From assembly GCA_934122215.1 (NCBI GenBank), contig CAKOWF010000002.1, positions 1 to 54,034 on the forward strand: a DNA stretch of 54,034 bases, given 5' to 3'. The notes under the pieces were generated by a model. That model saw nothing but the letters and a program-made list of their open reading frames with translations, was not told the origin of the DNA and did not search any database. How positions within the stretch are numbered: position 1 is the first letter of the stretch; every line of letters begins with the position of its first letter. The position numbers were made by a program, and so were the translations under genes. The DNA is from an uncultured Bacilli bacterium (lineage in GTDB: Bacteria; Bacillota_I; Bacilli_A; RF39; UBA660). Shown here one piece after another: positions 50,061 through 54,034 of this stretch.

Positions 50061-51884
50061 ATGGAAAATATAAAAGAAGAAATAAATGAGTTAAAAGAAT
50101 ATAAAGAAAAGCTAAGTAAATTAAGTGAAGAAGAGGAAGTAAAAAGAAATATATATTTAAAAAAAATTCAAACAGGAGAAATTCAAGGGCCTCCGATTGG
50201 GAAATTAAGTTTAGATAAAAATTGGTTAAAAAAATATACTGACAAAGAATTATCTATAAAAATTCCACATATGAAAATATATGATTATATGATGAAAGAT
50301 AATTTAAATCATTTTAATGATAAGGCAATAGTATATTTTGGAAAATCTATAACATATAAAAATTTGGATAAAAAAATAAATGCATTTGCTAGAAGTTTAA
50401 AACAGGATGGAATAAAAAAAGGTGATATTATAACAGTATGCATGCCAAATACACCAGAAGCTATAATAGCATTCTATGCAATAAATAAAATAGGTGCGAT
50501 AGCAAACATGATTCATCCATTATCAGGCCAACAAGAAATAAAAAATTATTTAAGAGAAGTAAATTCTAAAATGATAATAACAATTGATAGTTCATACAAT
50601 AAAATAACAAATATAGCAGATGAAACAAATTTACAGAAAATCGTATTAGTGTCACCTGCAGATTCAATGCCAATATGGACTAAAATGGCATATAAATTTT
50701 CACAAAGGAAAAATAAATTAACACGTGATATAAGAGCAATTAGTTGGGACAACTTTATTAAAAATGGATCAAATTATAATAAAGAAATAGAAGAAGAATA
50801 TGAAAAAAACAGAACAGCTGTAATTTTACATACTGGTGGAACAACAGGAATACCAAAAGGGGTAGAGTTAACAGATGATAATTTTAATTCTATGGTAGAA
50901 CAATTTCTTCAAACAGCTAATAATTTTGAAAGAAATGATAGAATGCTGACTATAATGCCGGTATTTCATGGATTTGGGTTATGCAGTTCAGTACATTTAC
51001 CTCTTTCAGCAGGTGTAATGATTAATTTAATTCCTAAATTAAATTCAAAAAAATTAGATAAACTAATAACAAAATACAAACCAAATCATATAATAGGGGT
51101 TCCTACATTATTTAAAGGAATAATCAACAATAAAAAATTAAAAAAAGTTGACTTATCATTTTTAAAATATGTAGTATCAGGTGGAGATTTAGTGAAAGAT
51201 TCATTAGAAAATGATATAAATGATTTTTTAAAAGAACATAATTCGAGTGCCAAACTAAGTAAAGGATATGGTCTATCAGAAGCAGTAGCAGGAGCTACAT
51301 TTGCATATAATGGCTATAATAATCCAACATCAGTAGGTATACCAATGGTCGCTACAAACTTGAAAATAGTAAAATCTGGAACAAATATAGAAGTAGAAAA
51401 TGGCGAAATAGGTGAAATTTGTTTATACGGGCCATCAATTATGAAAGGTTATTATCATAATGAAACTGAAACAAATTCATCTATAAAAAACGGATGGCTT
51501 CATACAGGCGATTTGGGATATTATGAAAATGATTCATTATATTTTGCGCAAAGAAAAGGAAATATGATTATTTCCAGTGGAGTCAATGTATATCCTTCGA
51601 ATATTGAAGAAGTTATTGAAAAGCATGATAGTGTATCTGCATGTGCAGTAATTGGAATATATCATCCATATAAAATACAAGTTCCGAAGGCTTATATTGT
51701 ACTAAAAGAAGGTTATGAATTAACAGATGAACTAAAAAAAGAAATAGAAAATTTATGCAAAAAAAATTTAAATGTATATTCGGTTCCATATAGATATGAG
51801 TTTAGGGATAAACTACCACAAACTTTATTAGGAAAGATAAATAAAAAAGAATTAGAACAAGGAGAAAAATCTAAAACAAGATAG
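50061..51884 (+). CDS. AMP-dependent synthetase/ligase (long-chain fatty-acid-CoA ligase-like)
   Basis: AMP-binding motif LHTGGTTGIPKGVELT, GYGLSE and TGDLGY motifs. ATG at 50061; the track's TTG start is at 50046. Confidence 0.85.
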   Translation: MENIKEEINELKEYKEKLSKLSEEEEVKRNIYLKKIQTGEIQGPPIGKLSLDKNWLKKYTDKELSIKIPHMKIYDYMMKDNLNHFNDKAIVYFGKSITYKNLDKKINAFARSLKQDGIKKGDIITVCMPNTPEAIIAFYAINKIGAIANMIHPLSGQQEIKNYLREVNSKMIITIDSSYNKITNIADETNLQKIVLVSPADSMPIWTKMAYKFSQRKNKLTRDIRAISWDNFIKNGSNYNKEIEEEYEKNRTAVILHTGGTTGIPKGVELTDDNFNSMVEQFLQTANNFERNDRMLTIMPVFHGFGLCSSVHLPLSAGVMINLIPKLNSKKLDKLITKYKPNHIIGVPTLFKGIINNKKLKKVDLSFLKYVVSGGDLVKDSLENDINDFLKEHNSSAKLSKGYGLSEAVAGATFAYNGYNNPTSVGIPMVATNLKIVKSGTNIEVENGEIGEICLYGPSIMKGYYHNETETNSSIKNGWLHTGDLGYYENDSLYFAQRKGNMIISSGVNVYPSNIEEVIEKHDSVSACAVIGIYHPYKIQVPKAYIVLKEGYELTDELKKEIENLCKKNLNVYSVPYRYEFRDKLPQTLLGKINKKELEQGEKSKTR

Positions 51885-51893
51885 GAGGATAAT

Positions 51894-52472
51894 ATGAACA
51901 TTGGAATAGATGTAGATGGAGTATTAACAGATATATATAATTATCAAATAGAAAAAGGACAACAATATTTTAATAAGATGAAAGAAAAAAACACTTTATC
52001 TATAGCAGAAATGTTTGATGTAACTAGTGAAGAGGAAAAGAAATTTTGGACAAAGTATATATGGGAATATTGTTTAAAAGTAAAAGCGAGAGAAGGCGCT
52101 AGTGAGGCTTTACAAAAGTTAAAAGATGAAGGAAATAAAATTTATATTATAACAAGTAGGGTACATACTACTAAAAAGAATATACTAGGATTAATTTTTA
52201 GAAAAATGCTAATTTCATGGTTAAAAGATAATAAAATTCCATACGATGGGATAATATACTGTGATGATAAAAAAAGTGATTTAGAAAAATATTTATCTTG
52301 TAAAAAACTTGGAATTGATTATATGATAGAAGATGATATAGCTAATATAAATTCAATAAAAACAGTGTCAAAGGCAATTTGTTTTAATCAACCATATAAT
52401 AATAATTTAAATGATTCTACAGTAGAGAAAATAAATGACTTTCAGGAATTAAATCAAAAAATAAGGAGATAA
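51894..52472 (+). CDS. HAD-superfamily hydrolase (5'(3')-deoxyribonucleotidase-like)
   Basis: DxDxV motif IGIDVDGVLTD, motif II IITSR and acidic motif IEDD. Confidence 0.6.
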   Translation: MNIGIDVDGVLTDIYNYQIEKGQQYFNKMKEKNTLSIAEMFDVTSEEEKKFWTKYIWEYCLKVKAREGASEALQKLKDEGNKIYIITSRVHTTKKNILGLIFRKMLISWLKDNKIPYDGIIYCDDKKSDLEKYLSCKKLGIDYMIEDDIANINSIKTVSKAICFNQPYNNNLNDSTVEKINDFQELNQKIRR

Positions 52473-52475
52473 TGT

Positions 52476-53240
52476 ATGAAAAAAGATTTTAATTATAAAT
52501 TGGTTAGAACTGTTGCTGTTCCAACATTTAAATTGTGCTTAAAACCAACAATAATAAATGCAGAAAATATACCAGAAACAGGTCCTGTATTATTATGTGG
52601 CAATCATTTACATGTGTGGGACCAATTTCCTGTAATATGTGCAACAAAAAGAGTAACACATTGGATGGCAAAAAAAGAATATTTTGATGGTAAATTGGGA
52701 CCATTTTTTAAAGCAACCGGTGCAATACCTGTAGATAGATTTGGCGATCCTCATGCATCAACGGAAATTGCTATCGAATATTTAAAAAATGGTGAAGTTG
52801 TTGGAATATTTCCAGAAGGTACAAGAAATCAATACGAAGTAGCTAAAATTGAATTACAAAAATTAGAACATGAATTAGAAAGCAAAGAAAAATCAAATAA
52901 AACATCTATAAATGAATTAAGTAAATTAAAAGAAAAAATACAAAATGCACAAAATAATATAATAATTGCAAAAGAAACAGTAAAGAAAAAAGGAAATGAG
53001 GTAATAGAAAATGAAGAATTATTACCTTTCAAATTTGGAGCAGTATCTATGGCACAAAAAACAAACGCTACAATAGTGCCATTTGCAGTAACAGGCGATT
53101 ATGAAATAGGAAATGATAATTTGACTGTTAGGTTTGGAGAACCCTTTAAGGTTGGGAATATGACTTTAGAGGAAGCAAATGAGCAGTTAAGAAGTAAAAT
53201 ATTAGAGCTGGTAAGAGAAAATAGAGCAAAGAAATTGTAA
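52476..53240 (+). CDS. PlsC/LPLAT-family acyltransferase with an internal coiled-coil insertion
   Basis: HX4D motif CGNHLHVWD, FPEGTRN, LPFKFGA and IVPFAV motifs. Confidence 0.8.
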   Translation: MKKDFNYKLVRTVAVPTFKLCLKPTIINAENIPETGPVLLCGNHLHVWDQFPVICATKRVTHWMAKKEYFDGKLGPFFKATGAIPVDRFGDPHASTEIAIEYLKNGEVVGIFPEGTRNQYEVAKIELQKLEHELESKEKSNKTSINELSKLKEKIQNAQNNIIIAKETVKKKGNEVIENEELLPFKFGAVSMAQKTNATIVPFAVTGDYEIGNDNLTVRFGEPFKVGNMTLEEANEQLRSKILELVRENRAKKL

Positions 53241-53252
53241 AGAGGTGAAAAA

Positions 53253-54034
53253 ATGTTAAGTAGTATATATTTTCAATCCCTTAGTTTAATATATATTATT
53301 TTATTGATTATTATATATTTTACAAAGAAACATTTGTCATCAATAGAAAACACTATTTTTTCTATTTTGATTGTAATAAATTGTATAGGATTAATTCTTG
53401 ATATAGCGAGTATTTTTACAATAATAAATATGGATTCATTACCACTTATTAATGTTATTATAACAAAATTATATCTAATATATTTATTAACATGGATATC
53501 ATTATTGACACTTTATATTTATACAATTTCATTTAAGGATAATGGTAATAATAAAAGTTTTAATAATAAATTTAAAATAGTTTTAAAATTTGAAATAATT
53601 ATGTATATTATATCCGTAATAATAGTTTTTGCTTTGCCTCTTTACTATTTTTATCAAGATAACATTATATATTCATATGGGCCAAGTTCAATCTTTTTAT
53701 ATGTAATCAGTAGTCTATATATTTTATCATGGATTTATTGCATGATAAAAAATTTTAAGAATATTAAAAACAAAAAATATTTACCTATGTTTGCATATAT
53801 GACTATTGGCATAGTTGTAATTATTATTCAGGGATCAAATCCATCAATATTACTAATGACATCGATGGAATCATTTATAGTATTTTTAATGTATTTCACA
53901 ATAGAAAATCCAGACTTACAAATGTTAAAAGAATTTCATAAAGCAAGAGAATTAGCTGAAGAATCAAATAAAGAAAAAACAGAATTTCTATTCAATATAT
54001 CAAATCAAATAAAAACACCAATAAATAAAATAAT
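53253..54034 (+). CDS. 7-TM histidine-kinase-like protein, paralog of 27335-29143 (3' end outside the window)
   Basis: ATG at 53253 follows GAGGTG and the frame stays open to the window end. It shares MYFTIENPDL(K/Q)(L/M)L and an H-box-like TEFLFNISNQIKTP that has Asn where His is expected. Confidence 0.75.
   Translation, partial: MLSSIYFQSLSLIYIILLIIIYFTKKHLSSIENTIFSILIVINCIGLILDIASIFTIINMDSLPLINVIITKLYLIYLLTWISLLTLYIYTISFKDNGNNKSFNNKFKIVLKFEIIMYIISVIIVFALPLYYFYQDNIIYSYGPSSIFLYVISSLYILSWIYCMIKNFKNIKNKKYLPMFAYMTIGIVVIIIQGSNPSILLMTSMESFIVFLMYFTIENPDLQMLKEFHKARELAEESNKEKTEFLFNISNQIKTPINKI

Noticed and set aside
1-54034. Search by eye for tRNA/rRNA genes, CRISPR arrays, IS elements, integrases and prophage genes
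   Set aside because: No GC-rich cloverleaf-like segments, no regularly spaced repeats, and no transposase/recombinase-like translations were found in any listed ORF or gap.

Overview
54-kb window from a very AT-rich, low-GC Gram-positive chromosome (Bacillota; Erysipelotrichia/Clostridia-like). It uses the standard bacterial code: TGA is a stop and TGG is Trp. No tRNA, rRNA, CRISPR array, transposase or integrase was seen. Housekeeping backbone: gmk (reading frame broken), tilS-ftsH, rsmA, a C26 amidotransferase, and the complete S10-spc-alpha ribosomal super-operon (rpsJ to rplQ, including secY-adk-map-infA-rpmJ, but no rpmD). The backbone continues with zupT, whiA, rplI-dnaB-M23 peptidase-yycJ-rlmH, spoIIR, murA, a P-type Ca-ATPase, hpf and lipid-handling enzymes. 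Notable accessory content: (1) A 5.3-kb cargo (small ORF plus an orphan 1630-aa protein) sits between ftsH and rsmA. It is bracketed by a 39-nt direct repeat that duplicates the last ftsH codons and terminator. (2) There are two paralogous 7-TM histidine-kinase-like proteins whose phospho-acceptor His is replaced (Lys, Asn). One also carries a receiver-like domain with substituted Asp sites. Each lies directly downstream of a PlsC-type acyltransferase. (3) A fused Wzz/BY-tyrosine kinase, a PHP phosphatase and an orphan prepilin occur with no polysaccharide or pilus machinery. (4) An agr-type quorum-sensing locus has an agrD that is absent from the ORF track. It also has a LytTR-type direct repeat in the agrB/csp intergenic region and an unusual csp-orphan LytTR regulator operon. 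(5) A solitary AbiEi-like gene is present. All functional calls come from reading the translations and motifs; no database search was run.
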